NCBI GenBank assembly: GCA_963719945.1
Contig: CAVRDX010000004.1
Span: 96,001 to 160,000 of the forward strand
Length of the DNA stretch: 64,000 nt
Reading direction: 5' to 3'
From: an uncultured Thermoplasmata archaeon
GTDB lineage: Archaea; Thermoplasmatota; Thermoplasmata; UBA10834
In this document: in pieces, positions 1-12,339 of the stretch
How positions within the stretch are numbered: the first letter of the stretch is position 1
Layout: each line of letters opens with the position of its first letter
Position numbers and translations under genes: made by a program
The notes under the pieces: generated by a model
The model's database searches: none
The model's input: only the letters and a program-made list of their open reading frames with translations
What the model was told of the DNA's origin: nothing

Positions 1-2882
1 TTGTTGGCGAATGACAGCTCATCGAAATCCGGTGTTCCGCCGAGACCGCCGTTGACTACTACCCATATTGTGAAGATCCCGATGCTGTTCGGGATCCAAC
101 CAACATCAACGGTTACCTGGCTGTTCGGTGTTAGAGTCGAAATCATAGTAGAATTCAGAAGGGTTGCCGTCGCCACATCTGTACCTAGCAAGAACTCAAC
201 TAGAGCATCTTCTGCAATGGCATCACCGGTGTTCTCGATCACCGCGAAGATTGTGCATGAAGCATTGTACACGACATACGATGGCTCAGTCCAGATATAA
301 CCAGTCATTACGCTGAGATCTGGGAGTATGACAGTGGACATCCTCAGCACTGCGAAGGTAGCATTCTCCGTCAGGGGCTCGGTGTATGGCTTGACACCGA
401 TAGATATCGTCTCATCCGAGAAATGCAGGACTCCGTTACTCAAGTAAGTAGAGTTGATCTTGTAGTTGCCGATGAAGGTTGAGCCATCCGATGTCATTAT
501 TGTTCCCAGGGAATTGATCCTTGCTATTCCAGATTCATTGCTGACTGCGCTCGACCAGTATGTATTGTTCACGAAGAACCATGCCGAGACGGTCGCTCCA
601 GACAGCGCGTTGCTTCCGCCATCCAGAACAGTCACGTGAATCCATCTGTAGATCAATGCTTCTGCGTCTTCCGTTACTACTATTGATGGAACGCTGGAGT
701 TCGTAAATTCTCCCAGTGCATGACCAGATAGTACTGGTGCCTGCAGAAGTGTGGAATCAACGACTACGATTCTGGCTGATGAATCCCATGAAGTAGTTAT
801 CGTACCATCGAAGACCGTGTCTCTGAGAACCACGAGTGCATCATCCATCGCGACTATGTTGACACCGTTCAGAGTTGACCCTGTTACTTCGAGCGTCCCC
901 TCACCCTTCACTATGAGGTCAATCGCGAGTTCGCTGTTGACCATAGAGTCCTCGATCACCAGGTTTGCTGTTCCATCTACATAGACGGTTCGCTCGTTCG
1001 CTGTTGATTGGACCAATTCAAAGACCGCATTCCTCAATGTGAGAGTCCCATCAGATGCCACGATGACATCGCCAGCATGATAGTAGCTCATATTCTCGAT
1101 GGTTAGATCTGGCGGAACCACCAGCCACTTGGATGGATCTGGGCTCTCCGCAGATATACCTTGGATATCTACCGTAATATCAAACTGCTGATCTGCAGAA
1201 GTCATTGCGGGATAGGCCGGGAACGAAAAGGTCTCTGTGGAAGTATGTGGCAGCGTATCAATAATAATACTGCCATTAATTGCATATGATCCTACAAAGA
1301 CTGAGTTGCCTGACCCACTACTTGTTATCATATCTGTGAGATAGGGGACTAATGCTAATCCACCAGTCTTTGTCACAAGGTAGCTCTCTGAAGTTTCACC
1401 CATGTAGTTCAGAACCTCGATGGGAGGAGTCTCGCTCAATCCATCCTCAGTGAAGTACAGGGCGGTTTCTCCCTCGAGCTCAGTGGTACCTGTGAATGTG
1501 GCACTGATAGTTGCGCCTGGGATCGGCACACCATATTCATCTCCAATTGTGACGCTCAACCATCGATAGATGTATGCGTCTCCTCCAACTGTGAACATCA
1601 ACCAGAGTCTGTCAAACTCCACCGAACCTGTCCCAGCAGCACCATTGTTAATAAATCGAATATCGGTGTCCAGTACGTCTCCAACTGTGGGAAGAGATGT
1701 TATTGGGAGTTCGTAGTACCATGTTCCAGATGGATTGGACAAAGAAGGTGTGATCCCAGTAGAAGCATAGCTTCCACCATCGGGAGCCCATTGGATTGAA
1801 TTGGTGCCTACGTATGTCGGTGAGACAGAATAACTTGCGACCAGAGTGATAGAACTCACTTCTAATGAAGCGCTCATCGGGGTTGTATCCCAAGTATCCA
1901 TAGCAAGGGTTTCCTGGGCTTCCACTTCATATGTCGAACCATCGAGGGTCGCTAGATTTGCGATATTCTGACCAGTAGTATCTGCCACACCTTTAGTCAA
2001 GGGACTTGCAGGTGCCGTATTTTCACCATCGGATGCAATGGCAGTCGAACGTGACGCATATGATCCAGAATATTCATCGAAGGTACAGCCATAGAGATAT
2101 GCATGCGACTTTTCGCTCAAGACTATCATATTATGAGAGGCCAAATCGGCTACGGTAAGATTGGGGTTGAAGTCAACGCTGATGTAGCTGTTGACTGCCA
2201 ACAGGGTCGATTCTCCACTCAGTGTGAGGTTGCTGGCGGCAAGACCTAGGGAAGGATATTCGGGAAGATTCGTGATCTCGGAGTCGAACATCATCATTGA
2301 ACCGTCAATGACTGAGATCGCCGCCCCGTCATCGGCGGAATCGATCGCGATAGTCGGAGATCCTGAGAGATACAGGGATATATCCTCTGCAGGTAGCGGC
2401 TCGATGGTACTGTCATATAGTATGAGCTCGCCACCGTTCTGTACCGTGATCGTGCCTGGGAAACTGAAAAGCGACTTCTCCGAAGCTACGAGAGTTCCTC
2501 CATCGATGTTTACATCTAGGAACGGCCACGGATCGATCTGGTCCAGGTAGGTGGTGAGTGTGCCATGATCAAGAGTCATGGTTCCACCAGTAGTGACTGT
2601 TACCGTACGTTGAACACCCGAGTTGCTGATCACCAGCAAAGCAGCGTTCCTTATAATCAGCTCCCCACCACTGACGAGAACATCACCATCTACAGGCTGG
2701 TTGACATTCTCGACTGTGTATGTGCCGGCAGTTACAATCAGGTCACCGATTGGTGTCTGTGCAGCGGTAGGCGAGGGATTCGACATTACGAATAACCCCG
2801 CGAAGGCCGACAGCACGAATGTGGCGACAATCAATGCGCTCAGAGATTTGTTGGCCTGAAGAGGGCCAGCTCTGTGTTCCAT
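1..2882 (-). CDS. Large secreted cell-surface/S-layer-like protein with beta-rich repeats and a CARDB-like domain; partial, runs off the left edge
   Basis: Not in the ORF track because there is no stop in the window. My translation from ATG 2882 reads MEHRAGPLQANKSLSALIVATFVLSAFAGLFVM (signal peptide-like), and I saw no in-frame stop. It is Thr/Ser/Val-rich. The region near the edge reads LPDLSV...AVIENTGDAIAEDALVEF...DELSFANN, which is CARDB-like. Confidence 0.8.
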   Translation of the reverse strand, partial: MEHRAGPLQANKSLSALIVATFVLSAFAGLFVMSNPSPTAAQTPIGDLIVTAGTYTVENVNQPVDGDVLVSGGELIIRNAALLVISNSGVQRTVTVTTGGTMTLDHGTLTTYLDQIDPWPFLDVNIDGGTLVASEKSLFSFPGTITVQNGGELILYDSTIEPLPAEDISLYLSGSPTIAIDSADDGAAISVIDGSMMMFDSEITNLPEYPSLGLAASNLTLSGESTLLAVNSYISVDFNPNLTVADLASHNMIVLSEKSHAYLYGCTFDEYSGSYASRSTAIASDGENTAPASPLTKGVADTTGQNIANLATLDGSTYEVEAQETLAMDTWDTTPMSASLEVSSITLVASYSVSPTYVGTNSIQWAPDGGSYASTGITPSLSNPSGTWYYELPITSLPTVGDVLDTDIRFINNGAAGTGSVEFDRLWLMFTVGGDAYIYRWLSVTIGDEYGVPIPGATISATFTGTTELEGETALYFTEDGLSETPPIEVLNYMGETSESYLVTKTGGLALVPYLTDMITSSGSGNSVFVGSYAINGSIIIDTLPHTSTETFSFPAYPAMTSADQQFDITVDIQGISAESPDPSKWLVVPPDLTIENMSYYHAGDVIVASDGTLTLRNAVFELVQSTANERTVYVDGTANLVIEDSMVNSELAIDLIVKGEGTLEVTGSTLNGVNIVAMDDALVVLRDTVFDGTITTSWDSSARIVVVDSTLLQAPVLSGHALGEFTNSSVPSIVVTEDAEALIYRWIHVTVLDGGSNALSGATVSAWFFVNNTYWSSAVSNESGIARINSLGTIMTSDGSTFIGNYKINSTYLSNGVLHFSDETISIGVKPYTEPLTENATFAVLRMSTVILPDLSVMTGYIWTEPSYVVYNASCTIFAVIENTGDAIAEDALVEFLLGTDVATATLLNSTMISTLTPNSQVTVDVGWIPNSIGIFTIWVVVNGGLGGTPDFDELSFAN

Positions 2883-2928
2883 AAGTTCACCCACCCAGAT
2901 GCTGGGTATTGCGAATCAAAGTAAGCAG

Positions 2929-2970
2929 TTCGGCTATATAAAAAGCTATTTGCCATATTTTCATGGCAAA
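2929..2970 (-). promoter_or_regulatory. TATA box of the surface-protein gene plus an upstream 8-bp inverted repeat
   Basis: Minus strand reads TTTTTATATAG (2944-2934). TTTGCCAT-N6-ATGGCAAA lies at 2949-2970. Confidence 0.55.
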
Positions 2971-2992
2971 GAAGGGTTCGAGGAGGTGCTGG

Positions 2993-4003
2993 CTAAGCCA
3001 CCTTTTTCTTTACGATCTTCTTGACGAAGACCTGTGGCTTCCTTGGTTCCTCGATGGCCTTCACTTCATCGGAGCTGTCCCCTCCATCCGATTCTGGCTG
3101 TGTCTCCCTCAAATCGGAGCCACATGCGTAACACATTATCGCATCCTTGCTGACCATCGTCTTGCACTTGGGACAGGACACCTCATCCTCCTCGGATGAT
3201 CCGGCATCGTCCTCTTGGCCAGATGACTCTTCAGAGATCTCCTCGGGCTCGACATCTCTCAACTGGTGACCACAGGAATAGCACATTATCGCATCCTTGC
3301 TTATGACAGTCTTGCACTGGGGACACTCTATCTCGTCGTCGCCCAGATCAGGCTTGGCCGTTTCCATGACATCGGACTTCTCCATAGGGGTGCTCTCGAT
3401 CACTTCTGTCTGCCTGCTGAGGAGTTTCTTTGCATCTTCCGAGAGTCTCTCGCGATCATTCCGGACAGATTCCTCTTCTGCTGCCAGGGAACGCTCACGG
3501 GCTATGAGTGCATCACGCCTCGATGCCACCTGCTCCATCAGCCTCTGGAGTTCCTCCTCGGACTTCTTCATCTGATCTTCCCGGTCGAGGAGTGCTTTGC
3601 GTTTTTGCGTCGCCTCGGACTGGGCGCGCGACGACTCCACCAACGAGGTTTCGGCTTCCCGCTCCCTCGCCTCCGCGCTCGTGAGTGCGGTCTTCGACCG
3701 TTCCTCGAGTTTTAGGACCTCAGCATTCTTCGCATCCACCTGAACGGCCTTGGCCTGGACGGACTCCTCGCGGGCTGTGATCTCCGCATCCTTGTTCTCG
3801 AGGGACGATTCCTTTTCTCTCAAGGAGTCCTCCTTCTCGCGGATCCTCTGCTCGCTGGACTCCAGCTCAGCCTTCATCTTCTGAAGCTCTGACTTCTGGG
3901 CCTGAATATCCTGGTCTTTCTTGCGGACCTCGGCCTCCTGGGTCCTCAAGCTCTTGACTGCGTCTTCAATTATCTGCGAAATGCTCTGGTCTTCTGTCAT
4001 CAT
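2993..4003 (-). CDS. Coiled-coil protein with two C-terminal double zinc ribbons
   Basis: E/K/R/Q heptad-rich N-terminal ~200 aa. CPQCK..CYSCG and CPKCK..CYACG, both containing SKDAIMCY, are separated by acidic linkers. Confidence 0.8.
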   Translation of the reverse strand: MMTEDQSISQIIEDAVKSLRTQEAEVRKKDQDIQAQKSELQKMKAELESSEQRIREKEDSLREKESSLENKDAEITAREESVQAKAVQVDAKNAEVLKLEERSKTALTSAEAREREAETSLVESSRAQSEATQKRKALLDREDQMKKSEEELQRLMEQVASRRDALIARERSLAAEEESVRNDRERLSEDAKKLLSRQTEVIESTPMEKSDVMETAKPDLGDDEIECPQCKTVISKDAIMCYSCGHQLRDVEPEEISEESSGQEDDAGSSEEDEVSCPKCKTMVSKDAIMCYACGSDLRETQPESDGGDSSDEVKAIEEPRKPQVFVKKIVKKKVA

Positions 4004-4119
4004 CGATCCCTTTCCCTGTCGGCAAGGTCATTCGTGATCCGCGCCAAATCCCAGGGGGATGGAAGGCGCACGTTCGTAGGGTTTCACGCAACACGAGCCA
4101 CATCGACCGTGTCGCATCG

Positions 4120-4833
4120 TCAAGTGCTGAGCAACGGACCCAGCACCTGCATTCCGGATTTGTTGACTTCGATGGCGTGTTTCTCCATGCTGTGCTCCGC
4201 AGCTCTCATCTTCTCGACCTGCAGGTATCTCACCAGCTTACCCCTCTGGCGGTCAAGGCCCAGCATCACGATGCCGTCTGCGAGAAAGCCTTCGTTTCCG
4301 AGAAGCTGCGATTCACCAGTCAACGACCGTTCCATGATTATGAATGAAGTGAGGTTGTTGTCTCTGAGCATCTTGAAGAAGTAGAACATCTTCTTCCTCA
4401 TGTCCTCAGCGTTCTCCATCAGGGAGTAGAGCGCGCCTAACGAATCGAGGACGAATATCGAGAACTTGTCTCCGTGAGTCCTCCTGAAACGCTGTATCAT
4501 CTTCTCTATGAAGAGTACATAATCCGTCTGTGCCGAATCGCCGATGACCTCATCGATCTGATCGATCTCCCTGAGGTCAGTCATATCCGATATCTGCATC
4601 TTTGCGGAGAGTTTCACGCCCATGCTCTCCATGTTCTTCAGGTGACTGTCGACCGTCTCTTCGAGGGTGGCGTATAGGCCGAACTCGTTCTTGTCCCTCA
4701 GGTAGTGCGACATCAGGGAATAGCAGAAGCTCGTCTTCATCGATCCCGGGGGACCCGTGACGAGTATGACTTTGGGTCTCTCGATGTCGTTCTTGAAAAC
4801 CTTTTCCAAACCTGGTATCGAGTCTCTAAACAA
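4120..4833 (-). CDS. KaiC-like (RecA superfamily) ATPase
   Basis: IPGLE N-terminus, variant Walker A GPPGSMKT, TLEE, Walker B FVLDS, LADGIV, QVEKMR. TTG start with an AGGAGG RBS. Confidence 0.85.
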   Translation of the reverse strand: MFRDSIPGLEKVFKNDIERPKVILVTGPPGSMKTSFCYSLMSHYLRDKNEFGLYATLEETVDSHLKNMESMGVKLSAKMQISDMTDLREIDQIDEVIGDSAQTDYVLFIEKMIQRFRRTHGDKFSIFVLDSLGALYSLMENAEDMRKKMFYFFKMLRDNNLTSFIIMERSLTGESQLLGNEGFLADGIVMLGLDRQRGKLVRYLQVEKMRAAEHSMEKHAIEVNKSGMQVLGPLLST

Positions 4834-4960
4834 AGTGCAGCCCTCCTTGTTCGGGCGAGTCGGACTCCTCTGCGGATTTCAATAGATTGTCTACTAATAA
4901 AGGTTTGCGGGTCGTTATCAGGAGTGAGACGCTGGCCAGATGGTTGAAAAACACACCTGG

Positions 4961-7543
<2,583 letters not shown>

Positions 7544-7553
7544 GAGTGATCAC

Positions 7554-9590
<2,037 letters not shown>

Positions 9591-9611
9591 CTATCTGGCT
9601 ACGACAAAAAA

Positions 9612-9670
9612 CCCCCCTTTGTTTCCATTGCAGCATATCGCCGATTCACTCAATCGATTTCCACTCGAAG
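9612..9670 (-). promoter_or_regulatory. Two ORB-like (Orc1/Cdc6 recognition box) elements upstream of the gyrB promoter
   Basis: Minus strand CTGCAATGGAAACAAAGGGGGG (9633-9612) matches 17/22 positions of the ORB at 52552-52531. A mini-box CTTCGAGTGGAAAT lies at 9670-9657, and a TATA-like TTTTATATA at ~9579-9570. Confidence 0.55.
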
Positions 9671-9859
9671 AATCGGCAGGTGTCGATGAGGCAGATTATG
9701 ACCAATGATGGGATCAATGGCATAAGGTGAGCTGGAAGCTTCGAATCGAAGAAAATAGCAGCCGATTGACTGTGGCCAGAAGCTCTTGTCGGATACCATG
9801 AATTGTCTTGTCAATCAAAGGCTTTATACCGATTGGTCGTTTTGTAGCATCGGTATCAG

Positions 9860-11125
9860 ATGGCGACTAGAAAGAAAATCGATTCTCCACCGGAAATGAA
9901 GGGGGTTTGCGGAGCGGAAGGAATCGAGCCAGACAAGTTGATCAGATTGTTCGAAAATGGGAGAGTTGTAATCCCATCCAACCCTAAACACAAGAACCTC
10001 CGGCCAAGAGCCATCGGTGAAGGGTTGACTGTCAAGGTCAACGCGAACATAGGCACCTCAAAGGACAGGATCAACCTGTCCGAGGAGCTGGAGAAGGTTA
10101 GAATTGCCCTACAATATGGTGCTGATGCGGTCATGGATCTCAGCACTGGAGGAGACCTTCACGAGATAAGGAAGAAGGTGATCGGCGAGTGCGACGCCCC
10201 AGTGGGGACCGTCCCCATCTACGAAGCAGTATGTAGGACATCGAAATCTGGTGGACCGATGTCGATGACCAGCGACGACCTTTTCAAAACCATCGAGAAG
10301 CAAGCTAAAGATGGTGTCGATTTCATGACCGTGCACTGTGGCATAACCAAAGAGACTGTGTCCACATTGAGAAGCCATAAAAGGCTGACAGGTGTCGTAT
10401 CCAGAGGAGGAGCGATCCTGGTCGCATGGATGCACGAGAATTGCAGGGAGAATCCCCTCTACGAGGAATACGATTACCTTCTAGAGATGGCCAGAGAACA
10501 TGGCTTCGCGCTGAGCCTGGGGGATGGCCTGAGACCGGGATCGACCGCCGATGCCACGGATGGACCGCAACTCCATGAACTGATCGTCCTCGGGAAACTC
10601 GTCGAGAGAGCACGAGCAGCTGGCGTCCAGGCCATGGTCGAAGGACCTGGACATGTGCCGCTGAACCAGATAGAGGCGAACGTGAAGGCGGAGAAGACCA
10701 TCTGCAAGGGGGCACCATTCTATGTCCTTGGCCCGATCGTTTGCGATGTGGCAGCAGGATATGACCATATCGCGGGAGCAATCGGAGGGGCTTTGGCTGC
10801 CTACCACGGTGCAGATTTCCTCTGTTATGTCACTCCATCGGAACACCTTTCACTGCCGACCGTCGACGATGTAAGAGAAGGGGTCATCGCGAGCAAGATA
10901 GCAGCTCATTCGGCCGATCTCGCGAGAGGTAGAGGCGGTGACAGGGACCAGAGAATGTCTCGCGCCAGAAAGGCTTTTGATTGGGACACCATGTTCGAAC
11001 TGTCGTTCAATCCCGAGAAGGCGAAGGCCTACAGGGACCGATGCAAGTCGAAGAGCCCAGATGTCTGTTCGATGTGCGGAGACCTCTGCGCAATGAGGAT
11101 GGTGGACAGACTCCTCGACGAATGA
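9860..11125 (+). CDS. thiC: Phosphomethylpyrimidine synthase
   Basis: KVNANIGTS, MDLSTGG, VSRGG, LGDGLRPG, EGPGH, YVLGP, CYVTPSEHL, C-terminal CSMCGDLC Fe-S motif. Confidence 0.96.
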   Translation: MATRKKIDSPPEMKGVCGAEGIEPDKLIRLFENGRVVIPSNPKHKNLRPRAIGEGLTVKVNANIGTSKDRINLSEELEKVRIALQYGADAVMDLSTGGDLHEIRKKVIGECDAPVGTVPIYEAVCRTSKSGGPMSMTSDDLFKTIEKQAKDGVDFMTVHCGITKETVSTLRSHKRLTGVVSRGGAILVAWMHENCRENPLYEEYDYLLEMAREHGFALSLGDGLRPGSTADATDGPQLHELIVLGKLVERARAAGVQAMVEGPGHVPLNQIEANVKAEKTICKGAPFYVLGPIVCDVAAGYDHIAGAIGGALAAYHGADFLCYVTPSEHLSLPTVDDVREGVIASKIAAHSADLARGRGGDRDQRMSRARKAFDWDTMFELSFNPEKAKAYRDRCKSKSPDVCSMCGDLCAMRMVDRLLDE

Positions 11126-11131
11126 CGGCCG

Positions 11132-12043
11132 TCAGAAATTTATCCCTATCGGCAATCGCATGAAGGAGCCGACGATGAGTGCCACTATTCCTGCAGCGAC
11201 GCCTGCGAGGATGGCGCACAGGGCTGCGGAACCCGTCGATATGTCGTTCGCTATTCCGATCGCCTTGCTCACGATACGAAGGAGCCATGCCAGACCAGCA
11301 AGGATCATGACCAGGAATATCGCACCGAACACCATGGCTTGTTGAATCTCGTCATCGGCCCAATTCTCGACTCCTGCGAGGTCCAGACCCACAAACCCGT
11401 AGTCGAAGATGGATAGAAGGATTATCGAAAGGACCACGAACCATGGATAGCAATGTGCGACCAGGGTCAAGGTCGATCCTTTGTCTCCCCGCCCGCCGAA
11501 GATCTCGTGGGACAGCAGCGCAGCCACGACTCCGAATATGAGGAACGATAACAGGGTGACGATCCATCCCACGACCCCCTGCAAAGCGATGCCCACTGCA
11601 TCCTTTGAAGTGTACCCGACCACTTCTGCCATATCGTGCGTGATGAACACGCTGAACATCGTGGAGATCACGCTGAACGCCAGGACTATCGCGATTGCAT
11701 GCCTCAGATCGGTGGACAGATACAGATTCATCAGGGACTTGGTCGGGCGGATCGATGTCAGGACCATGTTCCGAAGGTCGAACCTTGGAGCGTGTCTGGG
11801 TTGAATGTAGAGGCCAGGATAGTGACTCCTGGTCGTCTGACCACCCCCGAGTTCGATAACCTCGTCGGGACTGGACGGCGGCGCAATCCCAGCTGCGATC
11901 TCGCGGACAACAGGGCTGCCGCAGTTCGGGCAGACGAACGTTGCTTTCCCATCGCCCTGGACCTGCAAGTAGTCTGAGATGGAGGTGCCGCAGGCCGAAC
12001 ACTTGGAATCTGGCATGAACACGACGGATTTGCCCGACATCAA
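11132..12043 (-). CDS. Zinc-ribbon-containing Yip1-like membrane protein
   Basis: N-terminal CSAC..CPNC followed by about 5 hydrophobic helices with FGGRG, resembling the Yip1 domain. Confidence 0.7.
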   Translation of the reverse strand: MMSGKSVVFMPDSKCSACGTSISDYLQVQGDGKATFVCPNCGSPVVREIAAGIAPPSSPDEVIELGGGQTTRSHYPGLYIQPRHAPRFDLRNMVLTSIRPTKSLMNLYLSTDLRHAIAIVLAFSVISTMFSVFITHDMAEVVGYTSKDAVGIALQGVVGWIVTLLSFLIFGVVAALLSHEIFGGRGDKGSTLTLVAHCYPWFVVLSIILLSIFDYGFVGLDLAGVENWADDEIQQAMVFGAIFLVMILAGLAWLLRIVSKAIGIANDISTGSAALCAILAGVAAGIVALIVGSFMRLPIGINF

Positions 12044-12100
12044 GAAGCCGATTGACTCGTTGGCATATTAGAGTTGTCACTCGGACAACGAGGATGGATA

Positions 12101-12204
12101 TGGAGCCACTGGAGGGTCTCGAACCCCCGGCCTGCAGTTTACGAAACTGCCGCTCTCTAGCGGCACCTGCATGGTCGCAGGCGCAACCGCTGAGCTACAG
12201 TGGC
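12101..12204 (-). tRNA. tRNA-Thr(CGT) with a 29-nt non-canonical intron at position 20/21 (intron 12157-12185); CCA encoded
   Basis: Acceptor GCCACTG/CAGTGGC, D stem GCTC/GAGC, anticodon arm GCAGT-TTCGTAA-ACTGC, T arm GGGGG-TTCGAGA-CCCTC, U73 then CCA. The D-loop insert folds as a BHB: AGCG/CGCT helix, GTT and AGA bulges, and a GCGCCTGC/GCAGGTGC intron stem. Confidence 0.95.
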
Positions 12205-12339
12205 AGACGGAATGTTGGGAAGATTGTCTCTGTAGTTAAGCCTTTTGACTTGGAAACAGCAGCATCGGTCAACACCAGCGCCTGGGGCAAGCAACAAGGG
12301 TTAATAGGTTTCGATAGTATTCACAGCACGGACCCAGAT

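Noticed and set aside
4028-4117. 29-aa Cys-rich sORF (MRHGRCGSCCVKP...) and a GCGACACG/CGTGTTGC hairpin after the KaiC-like gene
   Set aside because: Short enough to arise by chance, with no recognisable family or independent support.
9680-9859. TPP riboswitch upstream of thiC
   Set aside because: No CTGAGA or other TPP core elements were seen. A TATA-like TTTATA about 30 nt before the ATG suggests little or no leader.
11132-12204. Integrated element at the tRNA-Thr 3' end
   Set aside because: I saw no duplicated tRNA 3' end and no integrase in the window.
12052-12339. N-terminal 96 aa of the 809-aa ORF
   Set aside because: It is the antisense read-through of the tRNA-Thr gene and its promoter. 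The real start is probably ATG 12340.
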